IMG/VR virus record: IMGVR_UViG_2718218305_000006
Source of the DNA: a virus
Taxonomy: Duplodnaviria; Heunggongvirae; Uroviricota; Caudoviricetes
DNA: 64,000 nt
Strand: one strand, 5' to 3'
Positions 1 through 9,668 of this stretch are shown here, in pieces; within the stretch, counting starts at the first letter, position 1; the number at the start of each line of letters is the position of its first letter. The translations under genes and the position numbers were made by a program. Under the pieces are notes generated by a model. It saw only the letters and a list, made by a program, of their open reading frames with translations. It did not search any database and was not told the origin of the DNA.

Positions 1-1
1 T

Positions 2-1945
2 AGTCAGGGTGAGGCAGATATTTATATTTATGACGAGATTGGTTTCTGGGGAGTTACCGCGAAGCAGTTTGTCAGCGATATGAATGCCCTGGGTGATATC
101 ACCCACATTAATCTCCATATCAATTCACCGGGTGGCGATGTCTTTGAAGGCATCGCCATTTTTAATGCCCTGAAAAATCAGGGGGCGACCATTACCGTGT
201 ATGTGGATGGCGTTGCCGCCTCGATGGCATCTGTGATTGCGATGGCCGGTGATACGGTCATTATGCCGGAAAATGCCTTCATGATGATCCATAAGCCATG
301 GGGATTCAGTGGCGGGGATGCTGAGGATATGCGCAGTTATGCCGATTTGCTGGATAAAGTCGAATCGGTACTGTTGCCAGCCTATGCGCAGAAAACCGGA
401 AAAACCACCGATGAAATTGCCGCCATGCTGGCGGATGAAACCTGGATGTCCGGTGCCGAATGTCTGGCACACGGATTTGCTGACCAGGTGACACCCGCTG
501 TTGAGGCAATGGCATGTATTCAGTCAAAACGTACAGAGGAATTTAAAAAGATGCCGGAATCCATCCGAAACATGATTACTCCGCCACGCAACAGTGCCCC
601 GCGTGATACCACAGTGACAATCCCTGCACCGGCGGTAACAGAACCATCACCGGTACCGGCAGTGTCTGATGAGGCGACCATTCGCGCCCGCGTTATGGCT
701 GAGCAGAAAGCCCGCATGTCAGGCATTAACGATCTGTTTGCCATGTTCGGTGGTCGCTATCAGACGCTTCAGGCACAGTGCGTGGCTGATCCTGACTGTT
801 CGCTGGAAATGGCCCGTGAACGTCTGCTGAATGAAATGGGCAAGGAGTCCTCGCCGACCAACAAAAATACACCGGCTCATATTTATGCCGGAAACGGCAA
901 TTTTGTGGGGGACGGGATCCGCCAGGCGATGCTGGCCCGTGCCGGATTTGAAAATGTCGAGAAGGATAACGCCTATAACGGGATGACCCTGCGTGAATGG
1001 GCTCGCATGTCACTGACGGAGCGCGGTATTGGGGTGGCCAGTTATAACCCCATGCAGATGGTCGGGCTGGCGCTGACGCACAGCACCTCTGATTTTGGCA
1101 ATATTCTGCTGGATGTGTCGAACAAGGGGCTGATCCAGGGCTGGGAGGAATCAGAAGAAACCTTCCAGAAGTGGACCCGTAAGGGACGCCTGTCAGACTT
1201 CAAAACAGCGTATCGCGTGGGGATGGGCGGTTTTGGTTCTCTGCGCCAGGTTCGTGAGGGGGCGGAGTATAAATACATCACCACCTCAGATCGCAAGGAG
1301 ACCATTGCACTGGCCACTTACGGGGAGATTTTCTCCATCACCCGCCAGGCCATTATCAATGATGATCTGAATATGCTGGTGGACGTGCCGATGAAGATGG
1401 GGCGTGCGGCGAAGGCAACGATTGGTGACCTGGTCTACAAGGTGCTGACGGATAACCCGAAACTGTCCGACGGTAAGGCGCTGTTCCATGCCGATCACAA
1501 AAATATTGCCACCGGGGGGATCTCCGTTTCCGGACTGGATGCGGCCCGTCAGATGATGCGCCTGCAGAAAGAAGGCGATCGTGCCCTGAATATCCGTCCG
1601 GCCTTTATGCTGGTACCGGTGGCACTGGAGACGGTGGCGAACCAGACCATCAAATCGGCCAGTGTGAAAGGGGCGGATGCAAACGCCGGTGTCATTAACC
1701 CTATCCAGAACTTTGCTGAGGTGATTGCAGAAGCGCGTCTTGATGCGGCAGACCCGAAAACCTGGTATCTGGCGGCGGCACAGGGCACTGACACCATTGA
1801 AGTGGCCTGGCTGGATGGTGTGGACACGCCATACATTGATCAGCAGGAAGGTTTCACCACTGACGGCATTGCCACAAAAATCCGTATTGATGCCGGAGTG
1901 GCACCACTTGACTGGCGCGGGCTGGTGCGTTCGTCGGTGGCCTGA
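2..1945 (+). CDS. Prohead protease (ClpP/S14-like) - major capsid protein fusion, 5'-partial
   Basis: Reading frame open from window start; N-terminal ClpP-like region (..GVAASMASVIAMAGD..) fused to long capsid-like C-terminal domain; typical HK97-like head gene of EHEC lambdoid prophages. Confidence 0.8.
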   Translation, partial: SQGEADIYIYDEIGFWGVTAKQFVSDMNALGDITHINLHINSPGGDVFEGIAIFNALKNQGATITVYVDGVAASMASVIAMAGDTVIMPENAFMMIHKPWGFSGGDAEDMRSYADLLDKVESVLLPAYAQKTGKTTDEIAAMLADETWMSGAECLAHGFADQVTPAVEAMACIQSKRTEEFKKMPESIRNMITPPRNSAPRDTTVTIPAPAVTEPSPVPAVSDEATIRARVMAEQKARMSGINDLFAMFGGRYQTLQAQCVADPDCSLEMARERLLNEMGKESSPTNKNTPAHIYAGNGNFVGDGIRQAMLARAGFENVEKDNAYNGMTLREWARMSLTERGIGVASYNPMQMVGLALTHSTSDFGNILLDVSNKGLIQGWEESEETFQKWTRKGRLSDFKTAYRVGMGGFGSLRQVREGAEYKYITTSDRKETIALATYGEIFSITRQAIINDDLNMLVDVPMKMGRAAKATIGDLVYKVLTDNPKLSDGKALFHADHKNIATGGISVSGLDAARQMMRLQKEGDRALNIRPAFMLVPVALETVANQTIKSASVKGADANAGVINPIQNFAEVIAEARLDAADPKTWYLAAAQGTDTIEVAWLDGVDTPYIDQQEGFTTDGIATKIRIDAGVAPLDWRGLVRSSVA

Positions 1946-2032
1946 TAACCGCGTTATCACAATCACTGCCCGAAAGGGCTTTTTTTATGCCTGAAAAACA
2001 GCCCCACAGGGGCTGTCCGGAGAAACAGCATT

Positions 2033-2359
2033 ATGGCGAAAAATTTTGTACAGGACGGTACCACCATTGAACTGGTGAATGCCGGAGATCAGACCATCCT
2101 GAGCGGTGCTGCGGTGGTGGTCGGCAGTATGGTGGCCGTGGCCATTACCGATATTCCTGCCGGTGAGGCCGGTGACGGTTTTGCCGAAGGCGTGTTCCTG
2201 CTGCCCAAACAGTCTGCTGACGACATTCAGTCCGGCGCGGTGGTTTATCTGAAGGACGGGGTTGTGCAGCTGGCTGCCGACGGTGCGGTGGCCGCGGGGG
2301 TAGCCTGGGAAAATGCTCCTGCAAACAGCGCCACTGTGGCGGTAAAAATCAATGTCTGA
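2033..2359 (+). CDS. Phage head protein, DUF2190-like (putative capsid decoration/cement protein)
   Basis: 108-aa Gly/Ala/Val-rich ORF immediately after capsid gene; resembles DUF2190 head proteins. Confidence 0.55.
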   Translation: MAKNFVQDGTTIELVNAGDQTILSGAAVVVGSMVAVAITDIPAGEAGDGFAEGVFLLPKQSADDIQSGAVVYLKDGVVQLAADGAVAAGVAWENAPANSATVAVKINV

Positions 2360-2633
2360 TCTGTTTACGCGAATGTGTTGCCGGATGGACGTGGCGACCG
2401 TTCGGATGATGGGCAAACAGGCGGAGATTAACGGCGTCGTGTACGACGTGATGCCGGAGGAAGAGTCCGCGGAGATGGGGGCGCTTTCGGGCAGCCAGTT
2501 GTCACTGGTGGTGTTTTCAGCCCGGTACCGTCCGGCCCGTCATGATGTTGTTGTGTTTGCGGGGCGCACACTGACGGTGACCCGTTATGACACGTACAAC
2601 GGTAAACCCCGGATTTTTGTCGAACAGGAATGA
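2352..2633 (+). CDS. Head-tail joining protein (FII-like)
   Basis: 93-aa ORF between head and tail genes, overlapping neighbours by a few nt; weak motif similarity to lambda FII. Confidence 0.45.
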   Translation: MSDLFTRMCCRMDVATVRMMGKQAEINGVVYDVMPEEESAEMGALSGSQLSLVVFSARYRPARHDVVVFAGRTLTVTRYDTYNGKPRIFVEQE

Positions 2634-3259
2634 GTATGGCAATAAAAGGTCTGGCGCAGGCCATGAAAAATCTGGATGCAATTGATCGCCGTGCCGTTCC
2701 CCGGGCCTCTGCCACGACACTGAACCGCGTGGCGGGGGCCATTATTGCGAAAACGGCCTCTTCAGTTGCCAGGGAGCTGGCCGTTCCCCGTCGTCTTATC
2801 CGTGCCCGCATCCGGTTAAGTCCGGCACGACCGGATAAGGTTTACGCAAAGGTTTACATCAATACCGGCAACCTGCCCGCCATCAAACTGGGGGAGGCCC
2901 GCGTTCGACTTTCCCGCAGAAAACGGAGAAAGAAAGGACAGCGTGCGGCCCTGAAAGGGGGCGGCAGTGTGCTGATTGTGGGGAAAAGACGGATCCCGGA
3001 CGCCTTTATCACCCGGCTGGCTAACGGACGCTGGCATGTGATGCAGCGTATGCCGTGGGCATCATCATCCACCGGCGCGGACAGCAAAGGGAGGCCGAAA
3101 CGCCACCGTCTGCCGATCGAAGTGGTGAAGATTACGACTGCCGGACCGCTGGCAGAAACCTTTGAACGTGAACGGGACCGGATGTACCGGGAAAAATTAC
3201 CGGCGCAGATGATGAAAGCCATGACGCATCAGTTACGCCTGGTGCTGAAAAGAAAATGA
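2630..3259 (+). CDS. Z: Minor tail protein Z (hybrid N-terminus)
   Basis: C-terminal part (..RRKRRKKGQR..GGGSV..NGRWHVMQR..) matches lambda gpZ; start ATG overlaps upstream stop (ATGA); alternative ATG at 2636. Confidence 0.75.
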   Translation: MSMAIKGLAQAMKNLDAIDRRAVPRASATTLNRVAGAIIAKTASSVARELAVPRRLIRARIRLSPARPDKVYAKVYINTGNLPAIKLGEARVRLSRRKRRKKGQRAALKGGGSVLIVGKRRIPDAFITRLANGRWHVMQRMPWASSSTGADSKGRPKRHRLPIEVVKITTAGPLAETFERERDRMYREKLPAQMMKAMTHQLRLVLKRK

Positions 3260-3271
3260 CTGGGAGGGTGT

Positions 3272-3670
3272 ATGAAACACCGTGAAATACGGGCGGCAGT
3301 TCTGTCTGCCCTGAAAGAAAATATTTCTGAGAGGGTGAGCTGGTTTGACGGTCGCCCGGTTTTTATTGATGAACAGGAACTGCCTGCTGTTGCTGTTTAC
3401 CTGACAGATGCGTCTGCTGCTGACGAGTTCGTTGATGAGGGAACCTGGGAGGCGACACTGCATATTGAGGTTTTTCTCAGGGCAAAAGAACCGGACTCGG
3501 CACTGGATATGTGGATGGAAGAAAAAATTCTTCCTGCGCTGGAGGCAGTTCCCGGGCTCAGTGCATTACTGCTGAAGATGAATCTTCAGGGGTATGACTA
3601 CCGCCGGGATGATGAGTTTATGATGTGGGGATCGGCAGATCTCCTGTGGAAAATTACCTACGAGATGTGA
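3272..3670 (+). CDS. U: Minor tail protein U
   Basis: 132 aa, lambda gpU-like (..[26 protein letters not shown]..); divergent (~50%) from the U copy at 47223. Confidence 0.85.
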   Translation: MKHREIRAAVLSALKENISERVSWFDGRPVFIDEQELPAVAVYLTDASAADEFVDEGTWEATLHIEVFLRAKEPDSALDMWMEEKILPALEAVPGLSALLLKMNLQGYDYRRDDEFMMWGSADLLWKITYEM

Positions 3671-3677
3671 GGACGAT

Positions 3678-4430
3678 ATGGCAACACCAAATCCCCTTGA
3701 GCCGGTAAAAGGTGCCGGTACCACTCTGTGGGTTTACAACGGCAAGGGTGATGCTTATGCAAACCCGTTGTCAGACGATGACTGGCAGCGACTGGCTAAG
3801 GTGAAGGATCTGACGCCGGGCGAGATGACGGCAGAACCCTACGATGATAACTACCTGGATGATGAAGACGCGGACTGGACCGCGACCGGGCAGGGGCAGA
3901 AGTCTGCAGGAGATACCAGTTTTACGCTGGCCTGGAAACCGGGAGAAGAAGGTCAGAAAGGGCTTATAGGCTGGTTTGAAAGCGGGGATGTGCGGGCCTA
4001 TAAAATCCGTTTCCCAAATGGCACGGTGGATGTGTTCCGTGGCTGGGTCAGCAGTATCGGTAAGGCCGTGACGGCGAAAGAAGTGATCACCCGCACGGTG
4101 AAAGTCACTAACGTGGGCAAACCTTCCGTGGCGGAAGAACGCAGCGAAATTACGCCGGCCACTGCAATTAAGGTGACACCGACATCCGGTACGGTGGCAA
4201 AAGGGAAAACAACCACCCTGACGGTTTCTTTTGAGCCGGAAAGTGCAACCGACAAGACGTTCAGAGCGGTTTCCGCCGATCCGTCGAAAGCCACCATTAG
4301 TGTGAAAGATATGACAATTACGGTAAACGGCGTGGCGACAGGTAAGGTGCAGATCCCTGTGGTGAGCGGAAATGGTCAGTTCGCCGCAGTGGCTGAAGTC
4401 ACCGTTACTGAAGCGGGCGCTGCAGGGTAA
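3678..4430 (+). CDS. V: Major tail protein V (with C-terminal Big_2-like domain)
   Basis: 250 aa, strong similarity to lambda gpV (..[35 protein letters not shown]..). Confidence 0.9.
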   Translation: MATPNPLEPVKGAGTTLWVYNGKGDAYANPLSDDDWQRLAKVKDLTPGEMTAEPYDDNYLDDEDADWTATGQGQKSAGDTSFTLAWKPGEEGQKGLIGWFESGDVRAYKIRFPNGTVDVFRGWVSSIGKAVTAKEVITRTVKVTNVGKPSVAEERSEITPATAIKVTPTSGTVAKGKTTTLTVSFEPESATDKTFRAVSADPSKATISVKDMTITVNGVATGKVQIPVVSGNGQFAAVAEVTVTEAGAAG

Positions 4431-4443
4431 ACGGAGGTAATAC

Positions 4444-4866
4444 ATGTTTCTGAAAACAGAACAATTTGAATATAACGGTGTGTCCGTCACGCTTTCCGAA
4501 TTGTCTGCGCTGCAGCGGTTTGATTATATGAAGTTTGTTTCAGACGCAGCACAACAGAAGACAACGAAGCATAATGCCGTGCACATTAACCAGCGATATC
4601 TGGAAACGGCATCCCTGCTTGTGGCGATGTCGCTATGGCATTCCCATTCCCTCAAAGGCACTCTGGCCTCTCCGGAGACAGAGATGCAGCAGATCCGCCG
4701 TGAAGTGATGCTGGGATGGCCTGCTGATGCACTGAATCAGGCAACGAACCGGGTGCTTTATCTTTCAGGTATGCTGGATAACCGGCACGATGCCGATCCT
4801 GAACCAACCGGGAAAGCAGAAGCGACAGAGCCGGTAACATCAAAAAAGCATTCGAAGGTGAGCTGA
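4444..4866 (+). CDS. G: Tail assembly chaperone G
   Basis: 140 aa starting MFLKTEQFEYNGVSVTLSELSALQR, lambda gpG-like. Confidence 0.85.
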   Translation: MFLKTEQFEYNGVSVTLSELSALQRFDYMKFVSDAAQQKTTKHNAVHINQRYLETASLLVAMSLWHSHSLKGTLASPETEMQQIRREVMLGWPADALNQATNRVLYLSGMLDNRHDADPEPTGKAEATEPVTSKKHSKVS

Positions 4867-5201
4867 ACTTTGTCCTGAAACTGGCGCGTGAGATGGGGAG
4901 AGCCGACTGGCGCGCCATGCTTGCCGGGATGACATCCACCGAATATGCCGACTGGCGACGTTTTTACTGCACGCATTATTTTCAGGATACCCAGCTGGAT
5001 ATGCATTTTTCCGGGCTGACGTACGCCGTACTCAGCCTGTTTTTTTGCGATCCGGATATGCATCCGGCGGATTTCAGCCTGTTCGCTCCGGAGGCAGAGG
5101 AAGGACAGGCGGAGACGCCGGACGAAAATGATGTACTGATGCAGAAGGCGGCGGGCCTCGCCGGTGGAGTCCGTTTCGGGGAGGAGGGAAGGAGGTTGTG
5201 A
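4842..5201 (+). CDS. T: T segment of G-T fusion chaperone, reached by programmed -1 frameshift from G at A_AAA_AAG (4842-4848)
   Basis: -1 frame is open from 4803; in-phase slippery heptamer tcA AAA AAG; shifted frame reads ..KKAFEGELNFVLKLAREMGRADWRAMLAGMTSTEYADWRRFY, lambda gpT-like. Confidence 0.75.
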   Translation, partial: KKAFEGELNFVLKLAREMGRADWRAMLAGMTSTEYADWRRFYCTHYFQDTQLDMHFSGLTYAVLSLFFCDPDMHPADFSLFAPEAEEGQAETPDENDVLMQKAAGLAGGVRFGEEGRRL

Positions 5202-5244
5202 CAGTTATTGATGGTATCAGAGGACATTTCAGGAGGTGACCACG

Positions 5245-7890
5245 ATGGCAGGTAATTTTGCCGATCTGACAGCCGTGCTGACACTGGATTCTGCCCGTTT
5301 TTCTGAAGAGGCAGCGCGGGTAAAAAAAGAGCTGGGTGAAACCAGTGCGCTTGCTGATTTGATGTCCGGGAAAGTCAGTCAGTCTTTCAGAAAACAGGCT
5401 GATGCTGCTGAGCAGAGTCTGAGCCGACAGGCGCTGGCTGCACAAAAAGCCGGGATATCAGTCGGACAGTATAAGGCTGCCATGCGCACACTGCCCGCAC
5501 AGTTCACGGATATTGTCACTCAGCTTGCCGGTGGTCAGAATCCCTTCCTTATCATGCTGCAGCAGGGGGGGCAGATCAGCGATTCATTCGGTGGACCGCT
5601 CAGCCTGCTTACCCTGCTGAAGGAGGAACTTCTCGGGATCAGGGATGCCTCTGAATCATCAGAGGAGTCGCTGTCAGATACGGCAAATGCACTGGCTGAA
5701 AATGCCCGGAATGCCGGTGAGCTGGGACGATTTATGTCGGTGGCCCGTGTGGCGGCAGGTGGCGGGGTTGCCGTACTGGCCGCGCTTGCTGCCGCCGCCT
5801 GGCAGGCAGAGCAGGCTGACCGGGCCTTATTGCGTTCACTGACCCTGACCGGAGGGGCTGCTGCCACCACAACGGCAGAATTGTGGAAAATGGCCGGGGT
5901 GATCAGCGATGAAGCCGGTGGTGGTATCAGACAGGCGGCAGAAAATCTGGCCCGTCTGGCAGAAAGCGGGAAATATACCGCCGGGCAGCTACGGATCATG
6001 GGGGAAACCTCTCAGAGATGGCTGCAGACGGTGGGGGACGATGCCGGGAAGGTGGAAAAAGCCTTTGAAGGGATTGCAGCAGATCCGGTGAAGGCGCTGG
6101 CCTCCCTGAATCAGCAGTATAACTTCCTGAGCGTTTCCCAGTTACGCCATATTGATGAGCTTGAGCGCACGAAAGGTAAACAGGCTGCGGTGACGGAGGC
6201 GATGTCCCTGTTTGCGGATGTCATGAATGCACGTCTGGAGCAACTTGATAAAGCGGCCACGCCGGTGGAAAAAATCTGGGACGATGTTAAAACCTGGACT
6301 TCTGACGCATGGGCATGGATAGGTGATCATACACTGGGGGCACTCAGTCTGATCACTGACGTGGTGGCAGGAACCGTTGAACAGGTGAAGCTGCTGCTTG
6401 TGCAGGGGGATCTGGCGCTGGCTGAATTTATTCAGTCAGCCTGGGAAACGACAAAGAATGTGCCCGGCGTTGGTGCGTTGTTTGGTGAACTGGCAGAAGA
6501 GAACCGCGTATTTATTGAGAAAACAAAACGCGATGAACTGGCGCTGAGAAAATCCATTGCGGAACGGGATGCGCGTATACGCCAGGGGGAAATGGGGTAC
6601 ATCAACCGTTCGCGTGCAACAGGCGTCAGCAAAGGTCCGGGGCAGCAGGAAGCCGTCAGCCGTCTGGCTGAAGAGCTGACAGGTAAAAAGCATACATCAC
6701 CGAAAACGCGCTCTGCCGGGGAGAGGGAAGAGGAGCAGGCAAGAGAGGCTCTGCTTGCCCTTGAAGCTGAGCTCAGGACGCTGGAAAAACACAGCGGTGC
6801 GAATGAGAAAATCAGCCGGCAGCGCCGTGATTTATGGAAGGCGGAAAGTCAGTATGCGGTCCTGAAAGAGGCTGCCACGAAACGACAGTTATCTGAGCAG
6901 GAAAAATCCCTGCTGGCGCATAAAGACGAGACGCTGGAGTACAAACGCCAGCTGGCTGAGCTGGGCGACAAGGTTGAATACCAGAAACGCCTGAATGAGC
7001 TGGCACAGCAGGCGGTGCGGTTTGAAGAGCAGCAGAGCGCGAAGCAGGCCGCCATCAGCGCAAAAGCCCGCGGTCTCACTGACCGTCAGGCGCAGCGGGA
7101 GTCTGAAGCGCAGCGTCTTCGGGACGTGTACGGTGATAATCCGGCTGCGCTGGCGAAGGCCACATCGGCACTGAAGAACACCTGGTCTGCGGAGGAGCAG
7201 CTTCGTGGAAGCTGGCTGGCCGGGCTGAAGTCCGGCTGGGGGGAGTGGGCGGAAAGTGCGACGGACAGTTTTTCGCAGGTTAAAAGTGCTGCCACGCAGA
7301 CCTTTGACGGTATTGCACAGAATATGGCGGCGATGCTGACCGGTGCAGAGGCAGACTGGCGGGGATTCACCCGTTCGGTGCTGTCCATGATGACAGAAAT
7401 CCTGCTTAAACAGGCCATGGTGGGCATTGTCGGGCGTATCGGCAGCGCCATTGGCGGTGCTTTCGGTGGTGGTGCATCTGCTTCCTCGGGGACGGCCATT
7501 GAGGCTGCGGCGGCGAACTTCCATTTCGCGACCGGAGGATTTACGGGGACGGGCGGCAAATATGAGCCTGCGGGGATAGTTCACCGCGGGGAGTTTGTTT
7601 TCACGAAAGAGGCAACCAGCCGGATAGGTGTGGGGAATCTTTACCGTCTGATGCGCGGCTATGCGGAAGGTGGTTATGTGGGTGGTGCCGGAAGTCCGGC
7701 GCAGATGCGGCGGGCGGAAGGTATTAATTTTAATCAGAACAATCACGTGGTGATTCAGAACGACGGCACCAACGGACAGGCGGGGCCGCAGCTGATGAAG
7801 GCGGTGTATGACATGGCCCGCAAGGGGGCGCAGGATGAGCTCCGGCTGCAGTTGCGTGATGGCGGTATGTTATCGGGGAGCGGGCGATGA
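5245..7890 (+). CDS. H: Tail tape measure protein H
   Basis: ATG at 5245 with AGGAGG 8 nt upstream (track start 5236 is a GTG inside the SD); C-terminal two-thirds and last residues (..LRDGGMLSGSGR) match lambda gpH; stop overlaps M start (ATGA). Confidence 0.9.
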   Translation: MAGNFADLTAVLTLDSARFSEEAARVKKELGETSALADLMSGKVSQSFRKQADAAEQSLSRQALAAQKAGISVGQYKAAMRTLPAQFTDIVTQLAGGQNPFLIMLQQGGQISDSFGGPLSLLTLLKEELLGIRDASESSEESLSDTANALAENARNAGELGRFMSVARVAAGGGVAVLAALAAAAWQAEQADRALLRSLTLTGGAAATTTAELWKMAGVISDEAGGGIRQAAENLARLAESGKYTAGQLRIMGETSQRWLQTVGDDAGKVEKAFEGIAADPVKALASLNQQYNFLSVSQLRHIDELERTKGKQAAVTEAMSLFADVMNARLEQLDKAATPVEKIWDDVKTWTSDAWAWIGDHTLGALSLITDVVAGTVEQVKLLLVQGDLALAEFIQSAWETTKNVPGVGALFGELAEENRVFIEKTKRDELALRKSIAERDARIRQGEMGYINRSRATGVSKGPGQQEAVSRLAEELTGKKHTSPKTRSAGEREEEQAREALLALEAELRTLEKHSGANEKISRQRRDLWKAESQYAVLKEAATKRQLSEQEKSLLAHKDETLEYKRQLAELGDKVEYQKRLNELAQQAVRFEEQQSAKQAAISAKARGLTDRQAQRESEAQRLRDVYGDNPAALAKATSALKNTWSAEEQLRGSWLAGLKSGWGEWAESATDSFSQVKSAATQTFDGIAQNMAAMLTGAEADWRGFTRSVLSMMTEILLKQAMVGIVGRIGSAIGGAFGGGASASSGTAIEAAAANFHFATGGFTGTGGKYEPAGIVHRGEFVFTKEATSRIGVGNLYRLMRGYAEGGYVGGAGSPAQMRRAEGINFNQNNHVVIQNDGTNGQAGPQLMKAVYDMARKGAQDELRLQLRDGGMLSGSGR

Positions 7891-8216
7891 AAACATTTCG
7901 CTGGAAAGTGAAGCCGGATATGGAGGTGAACTCGCAGCCGTCGGTGCGTGAAGTGCGTTTTGGTGACGGGTACTCACAGCGTATGGCGGCAGGGCTGAAT
8001 GCTGACCTGAAAACATACCGTGTGACGCTTTCCGTGACCCGGGAGGAGGCCCGGCATCTGGAAGCGTTCCTGGCAGAGCACGGAGGCTGGAAGGCATTTT
8101 TGTGGAAGCCACCCTATGCATACCGGCAGATAAAGGTGACCTGTGCCGGGTGGTCTGCGCGGGTCGGGATGTTGCGCGTTGAGTTCAGCGCGGAGTTTAA
8201 GCAGGTGGTGAACTGA
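7887..8216 (+). CDS. M: Minor tail protein M
   Basis: 109 aa MKTFRWKVKPDMEVNSQPSVREVRFGDGYSQR.. lambda gpM-like. Confidence 0.9.
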   Translation: MKTFRWKVKPDMEVNSQPSVREVRFGDGYSQRMAAGLNADLKTYRVTLSVTREEARHLEAFLAEHGGWKAFLWKPPYAYRQIKVTCAGWSARVGMLRVEFSAEFKQVVN

Positions 8217-8914
8217 TGCAGGATATCCACGAAGAAAGTCTTAACGAGTCGGTAAAATCAGAGCAGTCACCGCGGGTGGTGCTCTGGGAAATTGACCTGA
8301 CGGTGCAGGGCGGTGAGCGCTATTTTTTCTGCAATGAGCTGAATGAAAAAGGGGAGGCGGTCACCTGGCAGGGGCGGCAATATCAGGCATACCCGATTGA
8401 CGGCAGTGGCTTTGAGATGAACGGGAAGGGCAGCAGTGCCAGACCGTCGCTGACGGTGTCCAATCTGTTTGGTCTGGTCACCGGGATGGCGGAGGACCTG
8501 CAGAGCCTGGTGGGGGCCACGGTGGTCCGCCGCCGGGTGTATGCCCGTTTTCTGGATGCGGTGAATTTTGTGGCGGGCAATCCGGAAGCGGACCCGGAGC
8601 AGGAGCTGAGCGACCGCTGGGTGGTGGAGCAGATGTCAGAGCTGACGGCCATGACAGCCTCGTTTGTGCTGGCAACACCGACGGAGACGGACGGGGCGCT
8701 GTTTCCTGGTCGCATCATGCTGGCGAACACCTGTATGTGGGATTACCGGGGAGATGAATGCGGGTATAACGGTCCTGCGGTGGCGGATGAGTTCGACAAC
8801 CCCACCACGGATATCCGTAAGGACAGATGCAGCAAGTGCATGCGCGGGTGTGAGATGCGCGGCATGGTGGCTAATTTTGGCGGTTTCCTTTCCATTAATA
8901 AACTTTCGCAGTAA
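8216..8914 (+). CDS. L: Minor tail protein L
   Basis: 232 aa lambda gpL-like, Cys-rich C-terminus. Confidence 0.9.
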   Translation: MQDIHEESLNESVKSEQSPRVVLWEIDLTVQGGERYFFCNELNEKGEAVTWQGRQYQAYPIDGSGFEMNGKGSSARPSLTVSNLFGLVTGMAEDLQSLVGATVVRRRVYARFLDAVNFVAGNPEADPEQELSDRWVVEQMSELTAMTASFVLATPTETDGALFPGRIMLANTCMWDYRGDECGYNGPAVADEFDNPTTDIRKDRCSKCMRGCEMRGMVANFGGFLSINKLSQ

Positions 8915-8924
8915 ATCCCGGTTT

Positions 8925-9668
8925 ATGACACAGACTGAATCAGCGATTCTGGCGCATGCCCGGCGGTGTGCGCCTGCGGAGTCGTGCGGCTTCGTGGTGA
9001 GAACGCCGGAGGGGGAGCGGTATATCCCTTGTGTGAATATCTCTGCAGAGCCGGAGGCGTATTTTCGTATTGCACCGGAAGACTGGCTGCGGGCAGAGAT
9101 GCAGGGGGAGATTGTGGCACTGGTCCACAGTCATCCCGGTGGTCTGCCCTGGCTGAGCGAGGCCGACCGGCGGCTGCAGATAAAAAGTGCACTGTCCTGG
9201 TGGCTGGTCTGCCGGGGGGACATTCATAAATTCCGCTGTGTGCCACATCTGACAGGACGGCTCTTTGAGCACGGGGTGACGGACTGTTACACGCTGTTCC
9301 GGGATGCATACCATCTGGCGGGGACTGAAATGCCGGATTTTCATCGCGAGGATGACTGGTGGCGCAACGGCCAGAACCTGTACCTGGACAATATGGAGGG
9401 AACGGGCTTTTACCGGGTGCCCCTGTCCTCTGCACAGGCGGGCGATATTCTGCTGTGCTGCTTTGGTGCTTCGGTACCGAACCATGCCGCCATTTACTGT
9501 GGCAACGGTGAGCTGCTTCACCATCTGCCTGAACAACTGAGTAAACGGGAGAGGTATTCCGAAAAATGGCAACGACGAACGCATTCTGTCTGGCGTCACC
9601 GCCACTGGCACGCATCTGCCTTCACGGGGATTTACAACGATTTGGCCGCCGCCTCAGCCTGTATGTGA
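8925..9668 (+). CDS. K: Tail assembly protein K (MPN/NlpC-P60-like)
   Basis: ATG at 8925 (MTQTESAILAHARRC..) equals the 247-aa copy at 52876; track ORF 8664 is an upstream in-frame extension. Confidence 0.85.
   Translation: MTQTESAILAHARRCAPAESCGFVVRTPEGERYIPCVNISAEPEAYFRIAPEDWLRAEMQGEIVALVHSHPGGLPWLSEADRRLQIKSALSWWLVCRGDIHKFRCVPHLTGRLFEHGVTDCYTLFRDAYHLAGTEMPDFHREDDWWRNGQNLYLDNMEGTGFYRVPLSSAQAGDILLCCFGASVPNHAAIYCGNGELLHHLPEQLSKRERYSEKWQRRTHSVWRHRHWHASAFTGIYNDLAAASACM

Noticed and set aside
4810-4816. GGGAAAG heptamer as the G-T frameshift site (as in lambda)
   Set aside because: It is out of phase with the G reading frame (zero frame reads GGG AAA G) and is not conserved in the second copy (GGTAAAG); the in-phase A_AAA_AAG at 4842-4848 fits better.
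8664-8924. Long N-terminal extension of gene K in the ORF track (334 aa)
   Set aside because: Overlaps gene L in another frame; the conserved K product starts at ATG 8925 as in the second copy (247 aa). The same logic applies to the upstream extensions of C (42996), E (44821), FI (45876) and M (51765).
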